Positions 26,050 to 36,540 of a stretch of 64,000 bases of DNA are shown one piece after another (positions within the stretch are counted from its first letter, which is position 1; each line of letters starts with the position of its first letter). The DNA is from Octopus vulgaris (Eukaryota), in NCBI GenBank assembly GCA_951406725.2, contig OX597818.1:76384001-76448000 (forward strand). Direction: 5' to 3'. Below the pieces are notes generated by a model, which did no database searches, had not been told where the DNA came from, and saw nothing but the letters and a program-made list of their open reading frames with translations. Both the position numbers and the translations under genes were made by a program.

Positions 26050-26790
26050 CTAACTTCATCATGGTTTTTGTAATTAATTTATTTATCCCTTTCTATAGTT
26101 TTCCACCCTCCTGTTCATATTATTATTTTTATAAGTGGCCCTTCTAATTAAGTACCCCTAAGAAACTATATTATCATGTATGTATTAACTCTGGAAACTT
26201 TTAAAACTTATATTACACATCTCAGTTTATAATTGATATATAGTTGGCATGTTCTATAGCCTCAATATTCCTCATGTAAATACCGGGTATCAGTCTTTAT
26301 AGATACCACCAAATAACTAATAACTAATAAAGAAATAATTTAGTTTAAACGATTGAGTTATTAAACAAATTCTATAAAATCTTCTCTTTCTATTGATGAT
26401 AATAAGGTATATATACTTCATCATGGCTTTTAGTGATTAAACTATTTATTCCTTTTTATGGTGATCTACCCTACTGATCGTATTATTATTTTTATATTAG
26501 CCCTTAAGTAAGCCTAATGTTTGTACCCCTAGAAATTTATATTAGCTTATATATAACAGCACCGGAAACTCCACAACTTATAATACACCTCTTAGATTAT
26601 AATTATTATAAAATATAGTTAGCATGTTCTATCGCCCCAGTATTCCTTTCTTAAATTATCAGTAAATGCAAGTGATCAATCTTCATAGATACCACCTAAC
26701 AAGTAAATATTTAAGTATATGAATAAATATTAAACTAATTCTATGTAATTTTTTCTCTCTCTATTGTTGTAAATGTTGGTATATACTCAA
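26050..26790. repeat. Diverged tandem duplication, about 360-bp AT-rich unit
   Basis: ACTTCATCATGG, GTACCCCTA, GCATGTTCTAT and ATAGATACCACC occur in the same order in 26050-26410 and 26415-26790. Confidence 0.8.
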
Positions 26791-27338
26791 AATTATTCAA
26801 ACATCATTTTGGTTATAATATTTTCTTAATATTTTTTGATAACCCTAAATTTTAACTTTATACAATATAACAATATTGTTTAAATCATTCAACTCTAGTA
26901 CCCCATGATAAAAATTTCCCCTGTATTATCATTATTGGTTTTATTAGAGTCTTGCCCCTTTAACTGGTAATTAACATCTTGATTTAAGATCTTCCTTTAC
27001 CAAACCTCATTATAGCCAGTTACTTTATACTACTTCAAAATAATTTTGACAAGTTTTATGACTATACCCACTATGATTCCGTCATCTCCCTCATTCCCTT
27101 TCCTAACAGACACTGCTCTATTGTCTTAGATTTTGATATACAAAAATTTGATAAACTAGGACTATAAATCGTAACCTACCCCAAAAATCAATGACAAACT
27201 AGAACCCTAACAAGTTTCTTTTTTTTCCTGGTGTCTTAGTAACTTCTAAGCGGAAGTGAAAAACTTTGTCTGTTCTTAGAGGATTTAAGTAAAATTATGC
27301 AAATGTGTCCGACTGTTTAAATTAATTCTATTTATTTA

Positions 27339-27424
27339 TGCAGCTGAGGATAGCTCTGCATTTAAATTGATGTAATGATTGCATTGTTCAATTAAATGGA
27401 ATCCCTTGAAACGGTCATACTGTA
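27339..27424 (+). ncRNA. Decayed type I hammerhead with long stem II
   Basis: UGCAG CUGAGGA [hairpin CAUUUAAAUUGA/UCAAUUAAAUG] GAAA CGGUCA UA CUGUA; base of stem II unpaired. Confidence 0.55.
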
Positions 27425-27594
27425 GCACTTCTGGATATCCTGTTGCTTATTTTGATGTATATATATATATACAATTACACATACATACATACATACATAC
27501 ATACATACATACATACATACATACATACATACATACATACATACATACATGCATACATACATACATACATGCATACATACATATATACATATCC

Positions 27595-28015
27595 TGATAT
27601 TGACGCGAGGGATGTGAACGAAGTCGATCCTCAACATACAATCTTGGACGTATCCTTTACTACTTCAGACATTACAGCTGCAATAAATGAGATCAAATAC
27701 TTTTCTGCTGAAGGACCTGATAGTTTCCCCGCTAGTGTCCTGAAGGAATGTTGGTACCAACTTGCAATCCCTCCAACCAACTTCTGTAGAAATTCTTTAG
27801 ACTCAGACTATATAGCGAAGTAGCTCCTATCCCAATCTGTTATTTCAGATTTCAAAGAGGAAAACGAATGCCTCGCAGTCAACTATCGTCCAATCTCACT
27901 CACTTCCCATTTCATCAATGTGTTTGAAAGCGTGGTGAGATCAAGGTTAGCTAGCTTCCTGAAGAGCCCCAATCTTCTAGATTCAAACCAGCATGGCTTT
28001 CGCTGCAGCTGAGAC
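27595..28015 (+). mobile_element. CR1/L2-group LINE RT, 5' piece (interrupted by hAT)
   Basis: SAEGPDSFPASVLKEC, NYRPISLTSH, NQHGFR. Confidence 0.85.
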
Positions 28016-30272
28016 CAGGGATGCTACTGTTGGGTTTGTACACTCAGATCTGGGGTTTTTTTGAGCAATGACGGGTTTATGGGTTTTAATTTCCAAATTT
28101 ACATTAAATCTGGGTTTTTAAGTTAGCTTTGGCTGCAAACTTATCTTTTAAAGAGAATTCGGTGTTATACACTTTGTATGCAATATGTACCAAAGTTGCA
28201 CCTCTTCTAATACTTGGTAAATTTTCTATATATCATCTATAATCATCTCATGTAATGAATTTATCGATACAAATGTTGTATGTGGCGTAATTACCGATCG
28301 TACGCGTTCATTACTTGTTTATATTTGTATCATACCAGGCAACTACAAGTTACAACGCGTTGGTAACCCCTAGTACACTTGTCTGAAATTCTGACACCGC
28401 CAGTTGACAACTTGACTGTGTTGATGGTGTGCACTTCGATTGTTACTCGCAATTTAAAATTTGTTTAACATTTTGGGTGAGTGTTTTTTTGTTTTGTAAC
28501 CCTTTGCGAAATAATGGCAGACAATAGTGGGTCCAAAATGAGGAAGTGGAAATTCTCAAGAAACGAAAGTTTTCAGTATTGATAGATGAGAATACAGACA
28601 TCTCAGTGACACAAATTTTAACGATAGTTGTTCCCCCTTTTTTTTGTCAAGGATGCTCTTCTGGATGCAATTATAGTAGAAAATGGTTCGTCTCAGGTCT
28701 TGTACGATGCTGTCAAGTCTACGCTTACAAAAGAAGATGTATCTACGAGCAACATACTTGGATTTGCCAGCAATAGTTACTCAACATTGATGGGTAACAA
28801 GAGCGGGTTTCAAAAGTTATTGAGAAACGATATTCCGACTGTATTTACAATAGGCTGTGTTTTCAATTCGTTTGCACTGTGTTCAAGTCATACAGTGAAG
28901 GCTTGACCTTCGTATCTCGAGTCCTTTTTAAAGGACTTCTTACTTTTCTCGAAGTGGCAAACGTCAAAATGACTTCAATATGATACAAAGTGTTGTTGGC
29001 ACAAAAGAAAGCAATATTCCAAAACTTTCACAAACTAGATGCTTGTCGTGTGAAAATGTAATTAACGTTATAATAGAACAGTGGGATGCCCTTGTACTTT
29101 ATTTTTAGTCTGAGGATAAAGTAGAAAAAGTAGACGGAGCAAAAAGGATCTATGAAACAATGATTAACATAGGGGTGAAGCACATGCTGCTCTTCTTACA
29201 TTATATATTAAAGAAAGTAAATGCTCTCAATGTCGAGTTTCAATCAGAACACTTTTGACTGCATCTGTTCCATACACTTGTATCCAATGAATATAAAAGC
29301 ATCCTTAGTTGCTTTATAAAAGAGGATGTTTTAACTGTATCTAATTTATCAGATATTGATATTAATAACACAACAAATCACAAAGATATGAGTGATATTT
29401 ACCTCGGTGGACGCGCAATGAGATATCTAGAACAAAACCCCATCATTGGTGACTCAGCTAGATTCAAAACTGATTGCAAAAATTTTTAAATAGAATTATG
29501 CTCTCAAATAAAAATGCACTTTCCTCTCGATGAAGCTGGAGTGCTTGCCCTCTTAGAAATACTTGATCCAAAAGCAGTGCGCAATCTCACTAACGCTCCC
29601 CAGTCAATAATTCCCTTGGCATCAAACTTTCCGGCAATTGCACCAGGAAACACTTGATAAACAAGCCGATGAATGGAGATTATTTCAGTAATATGAAGAT
29701 ATTTCTGTTTCCTCAAAAAGCATCCCCGAATTCTGGTATTCCATACGCAATCTTAAAGACGGGCTTGACCACTCTAAATTTGAGAGGCTGTCATAATTCA
29801 TGACTAATTTAACGGTGTTACCTCGTTCATCAGCGCGCATGGAACGCATATTTTCCCAAGTAAATTGCACAAGCACAAAGTTCACTAATAGGATGAAGGC
29901 CGAAACGATCACCGATCGTCTTCTCGCTAAACAAACAATTACAAAAAAGGGAACGTGATACATTTCTTGGGAGCCGAACGCTAAACTTATTAAAGATGTA
30001 GTGGATGTGTCTTATCACCGTAGATATATAAGTAGGCTGAACTTCAAAAAGGAAGGAGTGAATGAAGATGATATGGGTATGTATGAAATTGACAATTAAC
30101 TGCCATATGATATAAAGTAAGTATTAAATTCTGTATTCATTTTGTCATATATCATATTTTATCATTAAATTACCAATTATATATTTTCTAACATCTGGGT
30201 TTATAAAATAGGATTTGGGTTTTTTGTAGCAAATAATCTGAGCGTTTTATTATTTGATGAGTGGCAACCCTA
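28016..30272 (+). mobile_element. Decayed hAT transposon (Blackjack/ZNF862-like)
   Basis: FSVLIDENTDISV, MGNKSG, IGCVFNSFALC, VLPRSSARMERIFSQVN; ends CAGGGATGCTAC and GTGGCAACCCTA; no TSD resolved. Confidence 0.88.
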
Positions 30273-30650
30273 CAGGGATTGTCTAACACAACTCTTACAT
30301 CACGTCGATGACATCCTTAAAGCCTTGGGATCAGGTTCGAACTCTGATGTCATATACCTGGACTTCAGTAAAGCGTTCGACAGAGTCGACCACAATATCC
30401 TACTGTCAAAATTGTCAAATATTGGAATCTGTGGAAAACTACTAAATGGATTGAGTATTTCCTGGAGAACAGAAACATGTCGTGATCGGTGTAATCCACT
30501 CAGTCCAGCAAAGGTCACCAGTGGTGTTCCTCAGGAGACTGACTTGGGCTCGCTTCTGTTTATAGGCTATACAAATGATATTTCAAGAGTCATCAATCAC
30601 AGCAAAGGGAAAATAATGACTCCAAGCTCCAGAAAATCATCCACGGAGAA
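30273..30650 (+). mobile_element. CR1/L2-group LINE RT, 3' piece
   Basis: RDCLTQLL..DVIYLDFSKAFDRVDH..SGVPQETDLGSLLF continues the piece before 28016. Confidence 0.88.
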
Positions 30651-30901
30651 GACCGCATGTATGTATACAATTATAAGAGCGTTGACAGCAAGAATAGAGT
30701 CCTTTGCCTCTAATTTCTAGCAGTGTAGGTGTTCCAACACACTCGGTCATATTTCCTTTTTGGTGAAACTCTGCTAACTAGCTGCCTCATTTAATTATTT
30801 GAATGCACATTGGCGATTCGCTAAATCATCCATAAACATTTTTATGGAATAAACATATATGTTTGTAGCTCGGCTGTCCGGAAAGAAGCGAACTGTACTG
30901 G

Positions 30902-30949
30902 CCCTTTTGAAGATGCTTCGGCCTAAAGCTGAAACCCCACGGTAAAGGG
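30902..30949 (+). ncRNA. Type I hammerhead (C3U)
   Basis: CCCUU UUGAAGA UGCUU..AAGCU GAAA CC-CCAC-GG UA AAGGG; GUA cleavage after 30944. Confidence 0.7.
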
Positions 30950-31146
30950 ATATTACAGTCGTCAATCTCCGGCCATCTACAGTTGCTGCCGGCATATATG
31001 TATATAATTATATGCGCGTTGACAGCAGCAATAGAGCCCTTTAGCTCTTATTTCTAGCAGTATAGGTGTTCTAGAACCCTCAGTCATGTTTAATGGCATT
31101 TATTGTTTTCCTTTTTGGTGAAACCCTGCTAACTAGCCGCATCACT

Positions 31147-31976
31147 GGATCTTTTCGGTTTGAACGACAGTTTTTAACATAATTTCTAGGTAACTAAAAA
31201 ATTTTTAACTTCGTATACTGGTAGAATGTGTTTATAAAGCATCATTTTCTCTTGGCTTTCTTGGGAAGATTCTACAGGTTGTAACATATTTCGTCTTTAA
31301 TTCCTTGCATTCGGCAATTTTAACCAATTAATGACCGTCTATTGAGGTGAAAGCATTCTGTGCCGTATGAATATGTCCCTCCTTTAAGAAATAGATTAGG
31401 TTTATTTACATTTGTGAAGAAAAAAAGATACCCTTCCCCCACCCCTAACCCTAACCCTAACTAACCCTAACTTACCCTAAATCTAAAATAGATTGAAATG
31501 CAATAGATCGATACTAAGGCCATAATTATGGGTGATAATTTCATATGACACCGCTAGAAAAACCTGCCATTTTCTCTAGCTGTGTCATATGAAATTGTCA
31601 CCCATAATTATGACCCTCGAATCGATCTATTGCATTTCAATCTATTTTAGATTTAGGGTTAGTTAGGGTTAGGGTTAGGGGTGGGGGAAGAGTATCTTTT
31701 TTTCTTCACAAATGTAAATAAATCCAATCTATTTCTTAAAGGAGGGACATATTCATACGGCACAGAATGCTTTCACCTCAATAGACGGTCATTGATTGGT
31801 TAAAATTGCCGAAATGCAAGAAATTAAAGACGAAATATGTTACAAACTATAGAATTTTCTCAATAAAGCCAAGAGAAAATGATGTTTTATAAACACTTTC
31901 TACCAGTATACGAAGTTTAAAATTTTTAGTTACCAAGAAATTATGTTAAAAACTGCTGTTCAAACCGAAAAGATCC
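31147..31976. mobile_element. 830-bp palindromic MITE/foldback element with (CCTAAC)n tracts
   Basis: Arms 31147-31560 and about 31572-31976; ends GGATCTTTTCGGTTTGAAC; flanks GCATCACT and GCATCATCT look like an 8-9-bp TSD. Confidence 0.88.
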
Positions 31977-32075
31977 GCATCATCTAATTATATACATACA
32001 CGCACGCACACATGTAGGCATATACATACACTCACACTCACACACACGCGTACACCTGTCCAAGGAGTTCCATGC

Positions 32076-32149
<74 letters not shown>

Positions 32150-32150
<1 letters not shown>

Positions 32151-32683
32151 CCCCGATGCAGTACCATGGTTTCTAATGTTAGCTAACTAGATGTATTAAC
32201 ATGTACATTGTTTCATCTTGGTATAAAAGATGGACTACAGCAAATATTCTTCTCAATACCACAAATTTTCTTGTCATTTGCTTGATCTTAACCAGTTGAG
32301 CATGTCCCTTATTGGCTGACGATATGTGCGTCTCTGATCATGAGCAGTAGTGGGGAAGCATCATAGCCATGTGTTGAGATGAATTCTTTGGGTTTGGATA
32401 ATTCACCTTTGGAAACATTGGTTTTTGTTCATCATCCTTAATCAACCCTTATTCAGGGACCTTTTGAGCGGGATGGGCTACTCGACTTGAAGAAAATTCT
32501 AACTGAGCCTCACCTGCAAGGTCATGCACTGTTTATCTTGATATGAGGTCACTATGTCTTGCACATACGGTTGTGATCCATGTGCCTGGTGTACTCTTAT
32601 CAGACAGGTAGTCGTCATGGGTATACTAGGCTTCGTCTATTTTACCCCAATGTCACTTTGATGGTACGCACTGCTCTCTCAGT
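32150..32683. mobile_element. About 535-bp element embedded in (TAA)n
   Basis: Long (TAA)n on both sides; weak R4-like HGY..WLRSSK translation on the minus strand. Confidence 0.5.
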
Positions 32684-32717
32684 TAATAATAATAACAACA
32701 ACAACAACAACAACAAC

Positions 32718-32768
<51 letters not shown>

Positions 32769-32804
32769 TCAAATTTTGGCACAAGACCAGAACTTTAGTA
32801 ATAA

Positions 32805-32873
<69 letters not shown>

Positions 32874-32900
32874 CGACGACGACGACGACGACGATGATAA
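32684..32900. repeat. (TAA)/(CAA) and (GAT)/(GAC) microsatellites
   Basis: Direct inspection. Confidence 0.95.
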
Positions 32901-33533
32901 TCGTGGTGATGATGGAAATGGCGGTGAGGGTGGTAGTGATCATGACGACACGACGACAGCGGTGGTGGTGGTCGCCGTCGCAGCGGTGGAAACGATGGTG
33001 GTGGTGATTTTTGTGATAAATAGTGGAGGATAGATGTAAATAATGATGAGTAACAAAACGAGATAGGATATAAGTCAAACAAATTAATTGTTATAAAATA
33101 AGATATTTTTTGCTGGTTAAAAGTTAATTACAATAGGCTTATATCAGAAACCTACACCCACTCCTTCCATTGTGATATTAATTATTACTAACACAGCTGA
33201 TAATTAAAGATTATAATTAGAAACGTATGAGGTACTACGCTAAAACAACTGTGTATCGGTAAATTCATCTAAATTAAGATTCTGGGCGATACAAAAGCTT
33301 TTGCTGGAAAATATTAACACTGAAAGACTTCTTTGTACATATAGATGATGATACTTCCTGTGTGTTAGTTCTTAGCATAGCTGTATAGTGTTATCAGTGC
33401 GAAAATCGATCGGTTGGAAAGGACAGACTTATCATGAGCATTGAGATTTAAAAGTTGTCATTGCATCAGTCACTGAAACTAGGGACTGTAATTGCGTAAA
33501 AGTGAACTGTAGGTCAATGTATTTTTAAGGTCT

Positions 33534-33616
<83 letters not shown>

Positions 33617-34459
33617 TGAGAGAGAGGAGGGAAACAGCTACCAACATTCTAAGCTAAGATTTCAAACCTAATTTACAATTTGATATAAGTTCCTAGTTCC
33701 TAGGCCTATTGTTTTCGCTTGTTGCCCTAAGTGATTAATCAGAATAAGCTGACTCCTTAGACCTTTGAGAGTTATTCACGTGCCAAACCTGATATAGTAG
33801 AAGAATCCTTTGTTTTTGCTTAACCTAGTATAGTAAGAAGAACATAAAACCACGACAGCAAATTAACTCCTTCTCTTTGGTAACTCGGCACCTATCAAAA
33901 GTACACGTCCATCTTTCTTCTTTCTTCCTTCTGTCCAGTACTGAAGGAGAAACAGCATGGGACAATACACTGCTTATACTTTCTACTTACCTTAATGTTT
34001 TTTTTACTCTCTCACTCTTGATGAAACTAATTATCTACAGAATGGGCTAGAGATCTACAAATAACTTGTATACACAATAACTCGACGAAGTGGTAGTTTC
34101 TATAATGTACCACAATAACAATATAAATAAACAGCCATCTCAAAAATGAATTAATATTGTTTTTATCATTCATTTATCCGATGCATCATGACATTAAACT
34201 TTGTCATATATATACACAAATAGCAGCAGATGGATTGTGATTCACTACTGCTGCTTCAGGTGGGGTTTTTTTTATGAATAGAATTATTACATCACGCTGT
34301 GAAAAAACCGTTTTCATCAGGTGAATATATGTAAGAATTAAACATTTCAAAGCATCTCAATGCATAAGCAAAATGCCATTTCGTGAGACTCACCAACTAA
34401 AATTCGTCCTGACCGAATTTTAGCCGGTGAGTTATGAAATGGCATTTTGCTACGGAATT

Positions 34460-34512
<53 letters not shown>

Positions 34513-35174
34513 TAGCAAAATGATAAATAAAACATATGCATATATACATCTATATGTACTTACATATATATGTATATATACATGCATATATAGGTACAGG
34601 ACACCAAAAAAACGTCGAACACAATGAGAAACGAAAACATAAAAACAGAACCGTGGAAACGGACATTTTTTTAAACAACGAAAAAACAGGATGCAAGACA
34701 TACGACACAAGGAAAATTCCCCTTCTTCAGCCACCTCCGTTTCGTCTACTCCGCGTTTCGAAGGTAAAGGCGAGACACGACTTCGATGAAACGGTCCTTC
34801 CCGCAAATAATTTGAGATTTTTTGCGGAGGAGTAAAAGTGGTAACAAAAACAGGACAGTAAAAACAATACAAGACAGTAACAGCTTATTGTTCGCTCAAC
34901 GTAGCATCAACAAAGACAAAAGTACTCCATACAGTGAGAAATAAGTATTTAATGTACACAGTACAAAAAATAGTTTCTTACTAGGATCGAGGTAAGTTTT
35001 TATAACACACCTTATGTCTCCAAATAATCTCTACACTCTGACCACGTGGTCTATTTAGCCTGCAATCAGGACACTAATACAAGAGAAATCACGAGAAAAA
35101 CGAAAAGGTATATATGTGTGTGTGTGTGTGTACATGCGTATATATATCTACATATACATATGCATATACATATA

Positions 35175-35870
35175 TATTTAAAAGACCACAATGAACAATT
35201 TCATTTAGAATGGTTGATTCTCTCAATTTCGATACCATATGACAAAGGCAAGAAATTCTGTCTTCTCTGCAATTCTGAGCTATTTTTCATTATTTTTTCT
35301 AAAAAATACTCTAGTAAACACGGTTATAGAGCGAGCATACAGATGTAAGCATTGGCAAAAACATACATTTAGTGCATATAAGTAGTCTCTATCATTATAT
35401 ATAATTTAAACTTTAATTTCCTTTATATTTAACATCCACTATTAATATCCCTACTGTTTCTGTTAGCTACTTATGACGTTATATCATATAACGTTTTTTT
35501 AAACAATATCAATAGCGTTCTGTCTATCGCTATACAAATCCATCATTTTTTGCTAAAATGTCTTATTGACGAGTTTCGTTTTTTTCACTTTCCTGAGGAG
35601 AAGATTGCATTGTTTATACCATTTATTCTTTTGAATAGTATCAGTGGAATTTTCGAAACATGTGTCGAAAGTAAAAATATTTGATTATACCTACGTTAAC
35701 TCCATTTTTTTATTCATATTATTCAAAATATTCAACGTAAACACGAAGTTTCTACCTTTATAAACAAGGAGTTACAACACCTTTACTTGTGAGATTTTTG
35801 CTGCCCTGGTAACTATTTTTTTTTTTTCCGTGTTAATTGTTAACAAGGTAAAAATACACTCATCTATTTA
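35175..35870 (+). mobile_element. Penelope-like element 3' end (endonuclease C-terminus and pLTR)
   Basis: LKDHNEQFHLEWLILSISIPYDKGKKFCLLCNSELFFI, a W..L..PY..C.LC..E motif; downstream HHR; ends at (TA)n. Confidence 0.8.
35582..35677 (+). ncRNA. Type I hammerhead ribozyme, well formed
   Basis: UUUUCACUUUC CUGAGGA GAAGAUUGCAUUG..CAGUGGAAUUUUC GAAA CAUGUG UC GAAAGUAAAAA; GUC cleavage after 35666. Confidence 0.85.
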
Positions 35871-35916
<46 letters not shown>

Positions 35917-35920
<4 letters not shown>

Positions 35921-36540
35921 GAATTTACAAAAAAACAAAAGACGAAGACGGGTGTGTAAACAACAAACAGATGTATTAGTTTAACGCTCGGGAAGTGAGA
36001 AACTATTTTACGTTTCGAGCCTACGCTCTTCGACAGAAAGGAACACAGAAATAAACAGGGATAGAAAATAAAAAAGGTTTAGTGGCTAGCGATCTATCAT
36101 GGCGAATGCCGGACAAAGGGGTCACACAGGAGAGCTAGGAAGAAGGGGAGATAATAAAGTAGTGGTAATCCCAAAACGAAGGTGCGCGTGTGTATGTGAG
36201 AGTGTGTATATGCGTGTGGAAGGGGGCTAGTGACCTTGATATGCATGTGTAGGTGTGTGAATGATGGCGAGGATGCTGGGAAGTAGTCAGTGCTAGTGTG
36301 TGCGCTGGTGTGGGTGCTGGGAAGTGGTCAGTGCTAGTGTGTGCGGGGTAGTGTGATGTGGTGTGGTGCGGTATGGTGGTGTGGTGGTGTGGTGTGTGGT
36401 GGTGTGTGGTGGGTGGTGTGGTGGTGTTGAGGTGTGGGGGAAGCAAGGGTTGGGGTGTAAAGGATTATAAAGATGATGGGGTTGGAATGTGTAGGAGTGG
36501 GGTAATGAGGGAGGGGTGACGATATATATATATGCGTGTG
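35917..36540 (-). mobile_element. PLE pLTR-like element with a CA-rich body
   Basis: Abuts (TA)n, carries an HHR motif, and has a degenerate GT-rich tract at 36180-36540. Confidence 0.6.
36005..36040 (-). ncRNA. Minimal hammerhead-like motif (A6U, extra A)
   Basis: UUU CUGUCGA A GAGC-GUAG-GCUC GAAA CG UA AAA. Confidence 0.6.

Larger units (their letters stand above)
30653..31991 (+). mobile_element. Non-coding HHR-containing retrozyme/PLE-like element, 337-bp monomer; second copy interrupted by the palindrome
   Basis: 30653-30798 repeats at 30990-31146 plus 31977-31991; HHR between the copies. Confidence 0.75.

Noticed and set aside
31440-31685. TTAGGG tracts as an interstitial telomere or fusion site
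   Set aside because: Only a few units, internal to both arms of a MITE-like palindrome.
33340-33480. ATGATGA..CTGA as a C/D snoRNA
   Set aside because: No terminal stem or recognisable rRNA antisense element.
34715-34830. Possible type II hammerhead on the minus strand (CCUUC GAAA CGCG..CUGAAGA AGGGG)
   Set aside because: Stem I cannot be closed and stem II is weak; probably pLTR-related, but no supportable fold.
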